Positions 45,406-58,659 of a stretch of DNA of 64,000 bases are shown piece by piece. The notes beneath the pieces were generated by a model. The model saw nothing but the letters and a program-made list of their open reading frames with translations. It searched no databases and was not told the DNA's origin. This stretch comes from Lingula anatina (lineage: Eukaryota > Animalia > Brachiopoda), in contig CM120647.1 in assembly GCA_051362555.1 (NCBI GenBank), forward strand, positions 1,054,001-1,118,000, read 5' to 3'. The position numbers and the translations under genes are program-made. Numbering within the stretch: position 1 is the stretch's first letter; every line of letters begins with the position of its first letter.

Positions 45406-46096
45406 GCTCTCTCTAGTGACGCATGATGTACATGTTTTAAAATATAGTAACTTCTGTACTGGATGCGATCTATCTTTGCACCATATGCAGCACCACGTAA
45501 GTGCAAAGCTACATGTAATACACAGTAGTTCAACTGTGATTAAATAAAGCATCTAAATATCTTTAGCCAAAACATTTTATCAAGGCACCGTGCGAGTAAC
45601 TGTGCCATTTTCAGTTGAGCAGCAGCCTTCTTACAATATGAGGGTGAAAATTGCGTCTGTCAAAAAAATTAACACATACTGTACAAAAATGTAATAGTAT
45701 AACATGTTGTTCTGTGGTGACATTTTCTGTGGTGACAATAGTAAAATGCTTCTATCTGCAGTTTCATTTCACATAATACTGTGAAATTCAGATGGATTAT
45801 CCTTCATCATATTATCTCCGCACTACTAAATGACTGTCTCTGATTCTGTTCATTTAGTCTCTAATGCTTCTTTTCTTATCGCGTTGGCATATTGACAATA
45901 ATTCGTTTTCACACGAAATGCTGTTAATGCGCCTCGACATGTACATTTCAGTACGTGAGTCCTTTTCTGGGAAAGAAACCCTAAGAGTAAGATGTAATAA
46001 TGACTAAATTTGCTTAATACATTTTACAATCCCAGTGAGCGCGTGTTTCAAAATCATTTGCAGGGCGACTGTGTGTGTGTGTGTGAGTGTGTGTGT

Positions 46097-46097
<1 letters not shown>

Positions 46098-46127
<30 letters not shown>

Positions 46128-46148
46128 CGGGGGGGGGGGGGGGCGGGG
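46098..46148 (+). repeat. Poly(G) tract of about 50 nt (G-quadruplex-capable)
   Basis: Direct inspection. Confidence 0.85.
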
Positions 46149-46403
46149 TAGGTTAGTACACATACCAGGGCACCCTAATATATACTATACGAAATCACTT
46201 TTTTTGCCCTGTGGAAATTGGTGCTTGTTAACAGTGTAGGATGATGTGACTGCCCGCCCCCTCCCCCCCCCGCCCGCCCCTTCAAGGGTGGCTCAGCAGT
46301 TTAGAGGGAGAATTGCGGGGTTCTGTGTACTCACTCAGCGGGGAATCTGAAGTCAATCTTAGTCCAGGCTTGGACATTATAACGAATTTCGGAATTTTGT
46401 CTA

Positions 46404-46529
46404 CCCTCTACCAGGGTGGCAGATTATATAGGAAAAAACGTAAAAATCCAGGGCCAAATGACTGTCTATTTATCTAGAGACATATCTGTGAATATCTGTG
46501 AAAAATCAATCTGTCGCCCTGGTAGAGGG
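46404..46529. mobile_element. 126-bp MITE with TA TSD
   Basis: TA|ccctctaccagggtggcagatt ... aatctgtcgccctggtagaggg|TA. Confidence 0.8.
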
Positions 46530-46697
46530 TAGGTAGAAGGTTAATTTTGTCCATGGTTCATGCTTCAGAGTCTTGACTTGTATCACATAACGTAGACAGA
46601 GCTATGCGATACTCAGCGCCTGAAGCTGCGCCTTGATAAAATTACGCTCTTGTATGTTGCATACAGTGGTCGGTGCGTGTTGTAACTAGTAAATGTA

Positions 46698-48053
46698 CAG
46701 AGGGGTTACAAAAGTATTGAAACACCTTGGTACATAGTGCTCTGTGTGCACGTTAGTTCAACGTGTTTTTCGGTTTATTGTTCACTTTACCAGTGACGAA
46801 TTTTCATCCATGTGAACTATAAAATGTGCCTCTGAAGGTCAAAGTTCCTTCTAGCTGTCACGTCGCCATCATGGTGAAGGTACGGGAGCTCACAAATGAA
46901 GAAAGAAATAAAATTGTTTATCTGAGGGAGGAGGGTATCAATGTTATCCAGACAGCTGCCAGATATGGTGTATCTCGTCAGACTGTGTATAGGGTTTGCA
47001 AAGGTTGGAGGGCACTGGTGATGCCCGTAAGTTTCACCGAAGTGGCCGAGGACTAATGCCAGAGACGACAGGTGCCTTTTTACGCTGTCAAGGCTTAGGA
47101 GGTTTGAGCCGTGCAGGGAATGAGCGTTGCAGTGGTAGCGCAATTTGCAGGTTGATGTTAGCAAAAGAACTGTACAAAGAAGAATCCATGCTTCAGGTTT
47201 TTAGAGCAGGGTTGCTTGGAGGAAGCCACTCATCACTTTGGTAAACAGACGCAAGTGACATGGGCTTCAAGAACCATTGCCTGGACAGTGGGTCAGAATT
47301 GGCGCCATTTTGTTTTTTTCTGACGAGTCCATATTCACAGTTAACAGCGTGGGTGGACAAGGGTGGGTATGGAGAACATCATCCACTTGCCATCTGCCAG
47401 ATAATATGCCTTTTCTCACAAGACAATCCACTTCAATAATGGTTCGGGGGGTGAATTGGTTTCTATGGTATTGGTGAGCTTGATAAATGGACACTTGCAT
47501 CTAAAGCGATATACTGAACTTCTTGACCAGCACCTTTTACCACCGGTAGAAAGCGTCTTTGGGGACAGGAACCATCCGTTTATATTTCCAGATGATAACG
47601 CTACACCACACAGGGCCATGACAGCGCAAGAGTGGCTTTACCAGCATGGTATCAACAGGGTGGACTGGCCTGCCCAATCACTAGACGCAAACCCCATTCA
47701 AAACCTGTTGTAAGATATTGGAAATCAAGTGGCAAAGGATCGCTCTTTATCAGAAACGCCTTAATCCAAAATGTCTTCAGAGCCTGGGCCAACATGGCCC
47801 CCAGAAGATTAATGAACATTTATCAATCTTTGCCTAGAAGGATGGTAGCCATATTGAGATCACGTGGCTATCCTATAAAATATCAATTCTGACATAATAG
47901 CATGTGTTATGCAAGGGCAATGCACTGTTCTGTAAACCTAAAATAAAGATACTCACGCAATCAGTTTTCAATAAAATAACAATTGGAAAAACTAACACAT
48001 CCAGCTGTTGTTCCCCTTAAAACAAAATGGTGCAATACTTTTGCCACCCGCAG
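46698..48053 (+). mobile_element. Tc1-family (DD34E) transposon, decayed
   Basis: TA-flanked degenerate TIRs (caaaagtattg core). Remnants MVKVRELTNEERNKIVYLREEG (HTH), LFFSDESIF, FPDDNATPHRA, WPAQSLDANPIQNL (E to Q at D+34) and SLPRRMVAILRSRGYPIKY; multiple frameshifts. Confidence 0.92.
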
Positions 48054-48055
48054 TA

Positions 48056-49815
48056 GGGGAGAGCGGGGTGGGTTGGAACGCGGGTAAGTTGGAACATTGG
48101 CTTTATTTCTTAAACTACAAGATCGATCATGTGCTCCTTCAGCATAAAAATGTCACGTGGCATGGTCATTCATCCGGTAAACTTGTGGAAGTTTCGAAAA
48201 TGCAGTAAAAGTTTTATGCGAAAAAAACTTATTTTCGCTACTCGAAGTAAGTTTTCATATTTTTGACATTCATCGTGCTGTAAACTAAAGTATATGGATT
48301 CTATCACTGAAATTCTGCACAGCGTTTAGGACCACCTTGATGTTCAAAAAGCTGTTTTTTTTTTTTAATCACTTCCCACGTGTTAAAGAAATACAGTGTC
48401 ATAAGTAGGCCATGACGTCATGGGGGCTGGTTGGAACATTTGACATGGGGCAAGTTGGAACATTGTCAGGGGTGTTCCAACCCATCCCGCACGGTGTTTT
48501 TCATTTTTTAAACATCTCTAAATGTTTTAATTTCAACTTTGAAGATAATAGTAACGTAGTAACCCAGTACAACTCCAACTGGAGACGGAATCTAGCTGAT
48601 AGAACATCTCCAAGATGCCAGAATGTACATGCATGCGTGTAGAAGATACAATTGGGGATGGTTACTGCTTGTTAAATGCAGTTGCTACCTGTTTGGTCGA
48701 AAGGGTCTGCATGTCCAACGTTGCTTTTTGGCGATAAATTGCTTTTAGATGTGGAAGGAAATGTCGATTATTACTGTGCTTTACGCGGCAAAATGAAAAT
48801 ATTTTAGCTGGGAGCCTATGTTATGGATAAACTATACAACACCGTTTCTGCCGATATTGTTTTAAATGCTTTGTGTAATGGATTGGGGGTTGCTGTTAAT
48901 GTTTAGTGAACGAGGGTACAAAATACGCCAGAAAAAACAAACATTCACCTCGTAACTTAGGCAAAGATTCAGTTGAAATCTCAGTTGCCCTCACCGGAAG
49001 AGGTGCTACAGCACACTAAAGCGCACTTAAGAAAACCCCAAAACAGCTCAAGTCCAGCAAGAATTAGACCGGTTCCAAAGGCTCACCGTCGCAGTCCAAA
49101 GATTAAAAGAAGAAAACGATGCAGTGCAGTACTAACTGACACACCTGAAAATGAGCTACTCGAAAAAGAAAAGGCCAAGCCCAACAAAATCAAAAAGGAC
49201 AAGCGCAACAAAAATAAAAAAACAGTTAAAGATTTCTAGTCGATAGAGAAAATCAAGAAAAAGAGAATTAAAGATGACCAACGATTCTGAGTCAGAAGTA
49301 AAGTTGTTCATAGGTTGAGTTATATGAATTCAATTTCTTTTCTCTTAAACTACACCACTTTTGTTATCATTATGAAATGAAGTGTAACTAGATATGGTTT
49401 ATACATCGAAAAGACTATTTGAAAGCAAATTGTAAAAGTAACAAATGCTTACAAACTATGGAGATACAAATGCAAGGTAACACGTACTTATTGGGAAATT
49501 AAAATAGATAAACCTACTTTTAAAATGAATTATACTTTGAATTTATATGCAAGCGTTCCAACTCGCCCTCTTGTTCCAACTCACCCCACCGACTGTTCCA
49601 ACTTACCCCGCGGGTGGGGTGAGATGGAACGTTTTAAGAGACAAATTTGAGCATTTATTGCGCTAAAATAAAAAGGCCTACTTGATGTTTTATTTCATAG
49701 ATGAGTGCAGCATATAATTATCTCATATCAGTGTTTTTATTTTTGTCCCCAAAGCTTTGACTGCTGAGATATCGCAAAAAAGGTGAAAAGTGTTCCAACC
49801 AACCCCGCTCTCCCC
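48056..49815 (+). mobile_element. pogo-like (DDE_1-type) DNA transposon derivative, internally deleted
   Basis: TA|ggggagagcggggtgggttggaac ... gttccaaccaaccccgctctcccc|TA, with repeated gttggaac/gttccaac subterminal motifs. Remnant SPARIRPVPKA...RRKRCSAVLTDTPE resembles the C-terminal region of pogo-like transposases. Confidence 0.82.
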
Positions 49816-50257
49816 TACATGTGTACATAGCCAAGGGTGCTTTTCAATTTTTTTTTATTATTTGCAACAGACTTACTACTAGCGCACCCTGGGATCAGAG
49901 GTACCACATCAGGTGCTAGGAGATCACGACTTGACGCCTAAAATGGGACTCTTAACGCAGATATCTTTAGAGAAAGGGTGAGTGAATGATGGTACCACAT
50001 TTCCTGTATATCATGTGTTCATAAATTCGCAATATATCATATATATGCCATTGTTCTTCATCTCTTATAATATCTCTTTTGTGCAATAAACACAATGCTA
50101 AGACAGACATCTAAGCCGCTTAAGTCCCCTAAAATTCAATACCGCCAGGGGGTCTGTTCTTCCTTTGTCAAAATTGGAGAACATAAAGAAGGAAATATGA
50201 TGAGCGTGGGTAAATTAACGACTTCAGACAGATGAAGTATTTAGCGCATCTTCAAGT

Positions 50258-50367
50258 CTCTTCCTGGAATATTTGAAAAAAATGGATGAAAAACTTTTTC
50301 TGGAACATTTGAAAGAAATAGCTGGTAATCTTTTTCTGGAATATTTGAAAGAAATGGCTGATAAAAG
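50258..50367 (+). repeat. 36-bp x3 tandem repeat, coding-like (LFLEYLKKMDEK/LFLEHLKEIAGN/LFLEYLKEMADK)
   Basis: Units at 50258, 50294 and 50330; open frame. Confidence 0.8.
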
Positions 50368-51320
50368 GTAATACTCGAGTATCCTGTTGGATAAATGGGC
50401 CTTCCAACATTATTGTACTACTGTTAATAAATATCACCATGCATTAACGCATCACGTTGCTTACTTTTCAAGAAATCATCTAAACGTTATTAAGATTAGT
50501 GTGAAAGACGGTGACATGGTTAAATATACATTGTAGAGGAGTAGGTTTAGGAGGGAGGATGTAGCAACCCCACTTTTTCTTACATTAAATTCAGTCATGA
50601 GCGCAAGAAGAGAGATGGGGGTGGGTAAAATACCCTGTTCACTTCTTAAAACCAAATGCACTCCGAAAAAAGTGCAATGTAATTAGAAAATACGAAAAAA
50701 AAAAAAAAAAACATCGCTTTCCGACACCCTAAACAATGGACATCTAATACTTACAACCCGAACGTTCACAAGTCATACATGAATATCAAAATTCTGAAAT
50801 GTTGTTTGGTGTCTGAGTTGTAATAACAATAGGGCGAAAATAGGAAATTATTGGTTGACGTACCAGGTGGGGATCCCATTCGAAATTGCACGGTTAAACA
50901 ACATATACAAAACATAGATAAATACAGGAAAAAAGTGCCTGCACGGTCTTATCACCCGGCCCACTCTGTACATGTATGAAGATGTAAGCATATACTGTCT
51001 GTTATTTTATTTATTTCGTACGCTTATCCCATTTCTATGTAAGCCAAGAATCAAACTGAATTCCGGCAAGACTTCATTCCGGTCACAAAAATTTCGGGTT
51101 TTGTCTGTCTCAGTTGGGTTTTGAGCAGAGTTCATTTTCAATAGGTTTGAATTTGTCACCCCTTTTGACATCAAATATACAAGAACGTATATCATGGTAT
51201 CACGGCAAACGACGTTTCAGCAGCCGCGCATTTTGCAGTGCCGCAAGGCCAACGTTCTAAATGATACATGTTTGTTTATCTGTAAAGCTTTCATGGGCTG
51301 GATTCATCCGCAAAGTCTTA

Positions 51321-51548
51321 CACCCCATTTCCGTAGATTTTTAGATCGATCTATCCCTGTGGGGAGTCCCACTAGATTACTGTCAGCTTAGCCGGCTTAA
51401 ACGTCTGTCCCGCCTACTAAAAGCTGTAAGGGGGTAATTAACTATGGTGCCCGCTCGACTGACTGCAATTTAGCGTGAACCCCCATGGAGTTAGGTCGAT
51501 CTAAATCTTAATCTTTAGATCGATCTAAATCTCTGGGAAAGCACCCTT
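51321..51548. mobile_element. Harbinger/Tourist-like MITE (family A), inverted relative to the 18907 copy
   Basis: Reverse-complement match across its length. Confidence 0.8.
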
Positions 51549-52956
51549 ATATCAAGACAATACTATTTCAAAATTCACTGGTTCCTATGATGAGAGATAT
51601 TAATTTTTTTTTAATTCGGGAATTTTCAGTCATGCTGGCGGTTCGAAAGCACCATGCCAGCTCTTGTACGTTGCTTACAGTGGATGGCTGGTGTTGTAAC
51701 TAGTTTTAAAATCATAATAACAACATATCTATTAACAAGATGCATGGCAATAAATGCATTAGTATGGAGTCATATGACCACGTCTTTAGATAAATACACA
51801 ATGAAATAAAATAAAGTTGAAAATACAAGGAAAACATAGCGAGCCGTTACCCTTGGCAACAGACACCTGAGAGTTAATTGCACCCCGGAAACCCGCAAGT
51901 CAGTATTCTAGTATACTAGCGGTTGCAATGGGGTGTTAATGGGTGAGGAGTCCATGTATATTCCCGCGCAGTAAAGATATCTCTCGCACATGTTGTTGTC
52001 AAATATCCTGTGCAATACAATAATGAGCAAGACAAAGTTTTAAACGGAGCACGTTTTGTCACTGGTTCACAGCATGAACAAACACCACGCGTTGTCACGT
52101 GGAGTTACACCTGACTAGATTGCAAGGAGGTTAATATTGGTTCTGTCTTGTGTGGTTAGCGTCTTTACTCTTATTAAAAAATGCCTGTCCGTCATGAACA
52201 TATGTACGATATTCACTGGTTCGTTCTGCTAAAAATCTTATCATCACTAATGCGAGAAATACACGTATAAATAAGCATTTGTACCACTTGTTTGTGTGAT
52301 AATAAGACACAGGCTATCAAATTTCTTCACTGTTGTACAACCAAATTCCCCATGCTGCAAAATGGATATTAATTGTATCACTAGCAATACCATATAATGA
52401 TTATACTAGCTTTCACGTAGGTACTACTTCTGCAACATCAAAGTATATGTCACACAAACACACACACACACGCACGCACGCACACACACACTCACTCACT
52501 CGCACAAATACACATGCACACACGCGCGCGCGCGCAAAGCACAACACGTGCGCTGTATACTAAATAACACGTGTGAGCGTTGGAGCTTCAGGTTGAGGTA
52601 ACCCATAGTACTATTTGGTAATGCAACAGCACGTGTTTTACTTCTTGGTGAATGACTTCTTTCGTAAGTGATCTCCATGACATCATTTCAGACGGAAGCT
52701 ACCGTCATCCTGTTTTGATCAACAAAAAGCAAATCAATTGCCTTCCCTAGGCAGACGACCTGTTAATAATATCTCAATCTGCACATTGCCTCCTGTAATT
52801 CCTGTAATTTCTACATGTCATTAATTAATGAATGGTTAAAATTATTAGATAATTATTGGCCTCGGCGGAGGTTTTTGAATGTTTTTCTATAGTAACAGTT
52901 TTTTTTACAGTTGATGTTCCTCTGGGGTCCGTCAACCCGTCACCTCCTCAAGAATT

Positions 52957-53175
52957 GGGGTGAAGCGAATCCCTAGGGTAAGACCACGGAACCCTGGGGT
53001 AAAACCATGGATCCCTGGGATAAGAGCACGGACCCCTTGGGTAAAACCACGGATCCCTAGGGTAAGACCACGGACCCCTGGGGTAAAACCATGGATCCCT
53101 GGGATAAGACCACGGACCCCTGGGGTAAAATCACGGATCCCTGGGATAAGACCACGGACCCCTGGGGTAAAACAC
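52957..53175. repeat. 21-bp GC-rich minisatellite, about 10 copies
   Basis: Unit approx ggacccctggggtaaaaccac with alternating variants. Confidence 0.93.
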
Positions 53176-53692
53176 TACGTCAGGCGACCCTCCAACCAGG
53201 GAAGCGACTGGTAACAAAATTTAAGAATGTTGTTTATGGCATTCCATTTAACCCAGGCCCCTAGCAGGGAAGGGGGTGGGGTCGGAGGGTTCGTACGAAC
53301 CGCCCTTGTAGCCGGGAAAAGATCCGCTTTGGGCAAAATTAAAAATGCAATCTAGGTAGACAAAGTGTTCAAAGGTGCTTTTATGTCAGAAAAAGCTGAA
53401 ACTGAAAATGTATTAATTACTAGTGTGTGTTTGAAGTTTCCATGGAGACCATGTTTTGATATGAAGGTGGATGTCAATTAAAATCCTTGGCCCTGTTGTA
53501 ATCAGCGGATAAAAAATGTTTTACTTGGAAATGTTTAATTATAAGCGCTTGGATCAGGCTTATCTGCTCCTAAGAAGTTTCGGATTAGTTTAAATAAGAT
53601 TATGTTATGTGAAAATTTTATATGCAGAATATATACAACACTACATTTACGTTAAGCCACATGTAAGGGGATTGAAACACTAACGATTTAAC

Positions 53693-53716
53693 GTGTGTGT
53701 GTGTGTGTGTGTGTGA

Positions 53717-53764
<48 letters not shown>
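53693..53764. repeat. (GT)n(GA)n compound microsatellite
   Basis: Direct inspection. Confidence 0.95.
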
Positions 53765-53768
<4 letters not shown>

Positions 53769-54057
53769 ATAAAACAGATGTTGTTTAATAATTAAAAGTA
53801 CTACCTCAACGCGCTGCCAATAGGGTTTAGAGGAGCAGTCACCAGAGAGCACGCTTCACCACGGTAGCGTGGGTTTACATCACGTCAATCTTGCATGTGG
53901 CTTAGAACCACTATTCACATGTCCAAGATCACGTTGTCTGAGCGTTTCAAGTTCAAATATGGGAAATGATAACTTTTCAGCTGATGTGATTCATGTACGG
54001 ACATTTGTAAAAAAAAATAAATATCCTGTTCTGTTGAACCTATATATCAACAAATAG

Positions 54058-54971
54058 TCTGTGTTTGTCCTTCTGTTTGTTTATTTGTTTGTTTGTATGT
54101 TTGTTTGTTAGTGCTGGACGTGTGTGAAAAATAATTGTCATTTACTTGTCCGGCAGTTGGCCGATACCGCCAAAAAAGGAAAATAACTAATTCACCTTCT
54201 GATGGTATCGTCCCTTAATTAAAGCAGTGAAGGAACAAGTATAAGTTTAGTTACAATTGATGTTTTAAGTCAGCTCAAGTTTATTTCAATTCCACAGTTG
54301 TTCGTCGACCGTGGCCACCGCTCGCTAAATGACAGCAAAAAGCAGTTTAACTACAGCAAAATCTGACAAAATCTTTGTTGTGGCTGAAAGGTTTGGTGTA
54401 AAAGCATGTGTGTGGTGCAGGACGATGGCGTTGTTCAGACTGTTGCTGTTGTTATTGTTGTTGTTATTATTACTGTTGTTGTTATTGCCATTATTTTTAT
54501 TGTTCATGTTCTGGTTTGTGTTGTTGCCGTTGTAGTGAGGACTAACCACTCCAGTCTTAACCTGTTAGAGATCGCTAGTCCTTGGTTTTTACCCTACTAG
54601 AATGTCGCTTTATAAAAGATATTCAACTTATTGCAGTGATCTATTGATAGTCGTCTTGTGTTGTAGAATGCATGCCAAGGTATCAAGTTCTGCACGGCGG
54701 ACATGTACGGCATGAATTTTAAATACGTCATCTCTAAAAACTGTTTGATGTTGCCGGCCTAAAACGTCAATTGTAACTAAACTTATACTTGTTCCTTCAC
54801 TGATTTAATTAAGGGACGGTACCATCAGAAGGTGAATTAGTTATTTTCCTTTATGACGGTATCGGCCAACTGCCAGGCCAGTACATGACAATTATTTTTC
54901 ACACACGTCCAGCACTAACAAACAAACATACAAACAACAAATAAACAAACAGACGGACGGACAAACACAGA
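54058..54971. repeat. Inverted repeat: arms of about 210 bp (54058-54268, 54760-54971) around a spacer of about 490 bp
   Basis: gtgctggacgtgtgtgaaaaataattgtca...aaggaacaagtataagtttagttacaattga recurs as the reverse complement with scattered mismatches. Confidence 0.92.
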
Positions 54972-56202
54972 TTTGTTAGAAACTGTTCTAGAAACAAGTC
55001 GTAGGTGTACTGAGGCCATAAAAAAGAAAGGGATACATGCTTCAAGTATTAAGACAAGTGCTTTTCAAATAATCTCACAAATCCCAAGGTCGCCTCAGAA
55101 ATGTCCCAACCATTAACATTATTTAAGATCAAAGTCCAATAAGTCGGTCTTAGATAATTAGTCTCAAAGTTTCAGTCGCCTTAATGATCTAAAGGGACAC
55201 TTACATCATTGTTACGGTTTTAAATATGTTCCAAATCCCTGGACTAATGACTTAAACCTACTTCACCGGAAGCATCGGCCATAAAGCAACATCACCGAGA
55301 TGTACAAATATACGGACAAGTACATTCCATAAGTGCAGGAAGGTTAATACTATTAATTCTCCACGTCTTGGTCCATTCGCGCCAGATTGCAGGAAGACCC
55401 AATAAAGCCTCTGCTTTTCCAGTCTGGTTATTTTGATTATCCAAGTTTCTGGTAATAAGTAGACGATACAGGAAACGGACGAAGCATACTGCAGATTTTC
55501 TTTTATGCAACAAAATGCATTAGATAAAGCACTGTTGCCCGTCGCAAATGAAAAAAGAAGTGAAATCAACGCCGAACACAAAGGAGTCGGATCGTTAATG
55601 TAGCAATAAAGCTTTCGCCAGTTTAGCGTAATGTTTTCATTATCACTAGACGCATATTTTTCAATCAACGCGCACTAAGCGTTTTGCTCAAGTATTAACA
55701 GTTTGGAGATGAGGACGGGTTTCACGTAAATTCTACTTCATGAACACGAGCACGTGCAAATATTTTCTGATGATAGTCAGTAGCATAACAGCACATATTC
55801 CAACGTCATATTTTAATGTTTAATTTCCACACTGTTTTTTATGTTTCCCAATTCACTCCTTAAAAACGATAACCCCCTCACACAAATATTTCCTTATGAA
55901 ATGTTAAAAAGAGTCTTGTGGTTTACATTAACCATGGTTTGTTAAAAAAACATAGCAATCTGATTTTACATGGTAGAAACATCGAATTCAATAGAAAGGA
56001 GGAGTCGAATTGAGTAATCTAATAATTTTTTTTCATTTTTTAGGGAAGTTTAAAACGTATAAATACACGATATAACAGCACATAAATCTCCCTATAAATA
56101 AGCCCTCACTCCCATAAGCCACGTCAACCTTGCTGTTAATTGACAGCTCGTTTGCAATGGACACAGACATCTGCCAAGTCCGTATTTCAACGCCTGGTCA
56201 AC

Positions 56203-56349
56203 TATTTATAAAGACTCAGCGCGCTGCATGAGACGCTGCTAGGCTCAGTACCGTCTGACAGAAGACAGAAGACACGAGTCCGTGGAAATTGCCGCAGATC
56301 TGTGCATAACTAACGCATGCCACGCGCCAGGTGAAGTTATCAGGTAGGC
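56203..56349 (+). promoter_or_regulatory. Candidate TATA/Inr promoter and non-coding first exon of a plus-strand gene
   Basis: TATAAAG at 56207, TCAGT at 56245, a GC-richer stretch of about 100 nt, then donor CAG|GTAGGC at 56343/56344 followed by T-rich sequence. Confidence 0.4.
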
Positions 56350-57648
56350 GTTCATTTTCGTTTCTATGTTTATTTGTTTGGTTGTAAACTTGTCTTTAAC
56401 ATTATATTTTCAGGAAACGAAGCAATGTCTTTTTGAGGGAAATTAGCGATGGAATGAATCTTTATCGTGATAAATGGCGTCTTTATTCCCCTCAAGAATT
56501 GTCATCTTTTTCCTTTAAAACCAATTCCAATATCTCATTTTACGTCTTATTTAGACTTTATAAAAACGTTTAAAAAACAATACCAGAAATAGTTTGCAAA
56601 TGGATCGACTTTGCCAATTTCTCGATTTTGGAACTATTTTTATTCCCTGGGTTTTCAATCTCCAAGGCGTTTTTTTTTTTTGGCATGTCTAAAACAATGA
56701 TCGAATAATTAATCAATAGTTGGATTAATACAGGCCACCAAACGTATACCTTCACCAAAGATGTGCGATAGTCTGTACTGGCAATAAAATGATTTGATCG
56801 GTTAAATCGTTGGCTTTCTATGCTACGTTTGAGATGTATTATACTACATTATACAATATTAATAAATCAATAAATACAACAACAATAACAACAATTATGA
56901 TATTAATAATAAGGCACGTCAACTCTAGACAAATTAGAGCGCGTATGTGTGTGTGTCTGTGTGTGTGTGCGTGTTTGTGCGTATGTGTGTGTGCTTGTGT
57001 GTGTGCGCGAGTGTGTGCGTGTACGAGCACGCGCATGTGTGTGAGAGAAATAAAATGCATGAAGAAAGCTTTAAGCCAAGCTGGAACTTGAACCTCTTAA
57101 TAGATTGCCTGAACCAGTGGTTGGCCACGGCAAATATTTACATGCTGGGTGGAACGTGTGGCAGCAACTGTCCCCAGGGGACGGCTCTCCCACATCGTCA
57201 TTCTTTCCATTACTCTTCCTAGATACTGTTCATGGCAAAGGAAATAAGCGCAACTTTCACGCATATAATTTTTGGGGTAGTTCTCGTAAATCTAATTAAG
57301 AACTGAATAACACAGGCCATCAGACCCAATCCACAAAAATGTGTGCTCTATGCAATTTAGGCGAAATGGAACGTAATTTTCTTTTTCTCGCATTATGTCC
57401 TCTCCATTGCGAGAGTTCTCTTTTCTACAAGCCACATTTCAGAACGTTTTAAACGGGTAAGATTGGCATTCACTTTCAGTTTAATATGCTCTAAGGAACG
57501 TACGTCTTTGCACTTGTGAAGGTTTTGTGATTGTCTTAGAAATGTGTCACCGCGCTGTAGTCAGCCAAGACCAGCAGTTAACAATCCGTCATTTCCAATG
57601 CCATAGGTTTTTATGTAGAACAGTTTCATTAGCTATGTTATTATAACA

Positions 57649-57746
57649 GACTTGTGAAGATTCTTTTGTCTATAGCTAATTATATTAGTTTGATGGTAAG
57701 ATCAAACTAATATAAATAGCTATAGACAAAAGAATCTTCACAAGTC
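57649..57746. repeat. Hairpin with 46-bp arms, one mismatch and a 6-nt loop
   Basis: gacttgtgaag...tagtttgat GGTAAG atcaaacta...cttcacaagtc. Confidence 0.93.
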
Positions 57747-58659
57747 CATAGGTTTTTAGTTTTAGATTTAAACATCATCTCCTTATCATAGTATGGTGAA
57801 CAGTTTGCGTATTTACACCATACAGCGTCACCAGATGTCTCCTCTGCATAAGCTGCTAAAGACGTGCATTTTCTTTAATTAGTATTCGTACACTGTCGCC
57901 ATCTGGCGGTCAGCTATCATACATCTACCTTGAGATGTAGATTAAAGAAGCATTGCAGCCTGATCGTACAGAACGCTATCTGCGTCTGGAAGTAGCTGGA
58001 TATCGCATGGGAGTTAGATACTTCAAGAATGTACTGTTTTAATTACACTGCCCTGCAGTATAGTACTCTTAAGGCTTCCGGATGATTTTCTGTGACGAAT
58101 TTTTGACAAACGACCACCGAGTACGTTAAATCGCAAATTTCAACAATTGGAGAATAACAATTCCTATACATAAAAGAGTTTCGTCGGCTGTGTTATTTTA
58201 TAAGAATAATGTGAAATTTTCTTCAATCAGAAGCCCATGTTGTCATCCCCTGATGGATATCGATGCTCTGAGAGACATTGAAATATAGGAGGAAATATTA
58301 GCTATCCTTTTCAGCCGTTGATTGTAGAAAAATTAGTTCGTAATTCTTAATTCTTATACGGGGATCAATTAACTCCGCAAAACGACCTTTATATTGTCGC
58401 TTTACAAACTTTAAAAAGAAGATACCCTGACTTGTTTTAAACAATGGAACAGTTTTGAAGTAGGAGCCGGGTCTGGTAACGAATTCTGCGATGCAATAAG
58501 GAGGATGAAGCGTTACGCTGGCTCTCAAGGGAGGTACATGTACATGCAGTAGGAATTCACTCAGTGCGGTTTGATGTAAGTAGATAAGACGCTTAGTTTG
58601 AGAAGTAACGTATTAAGCAACCGTATTGATTAAATAACCATCATTTCCTCTTCAAATGC

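Noticed and set aside
52957-53214. 21-bp repeat array as CRISPR or as a Pro/Arg-rich protein
   Set aside because: Contiguous units without unique spacers, no cas genes, eukaryotic context; the frame is open only because 21 is divisible by 3.
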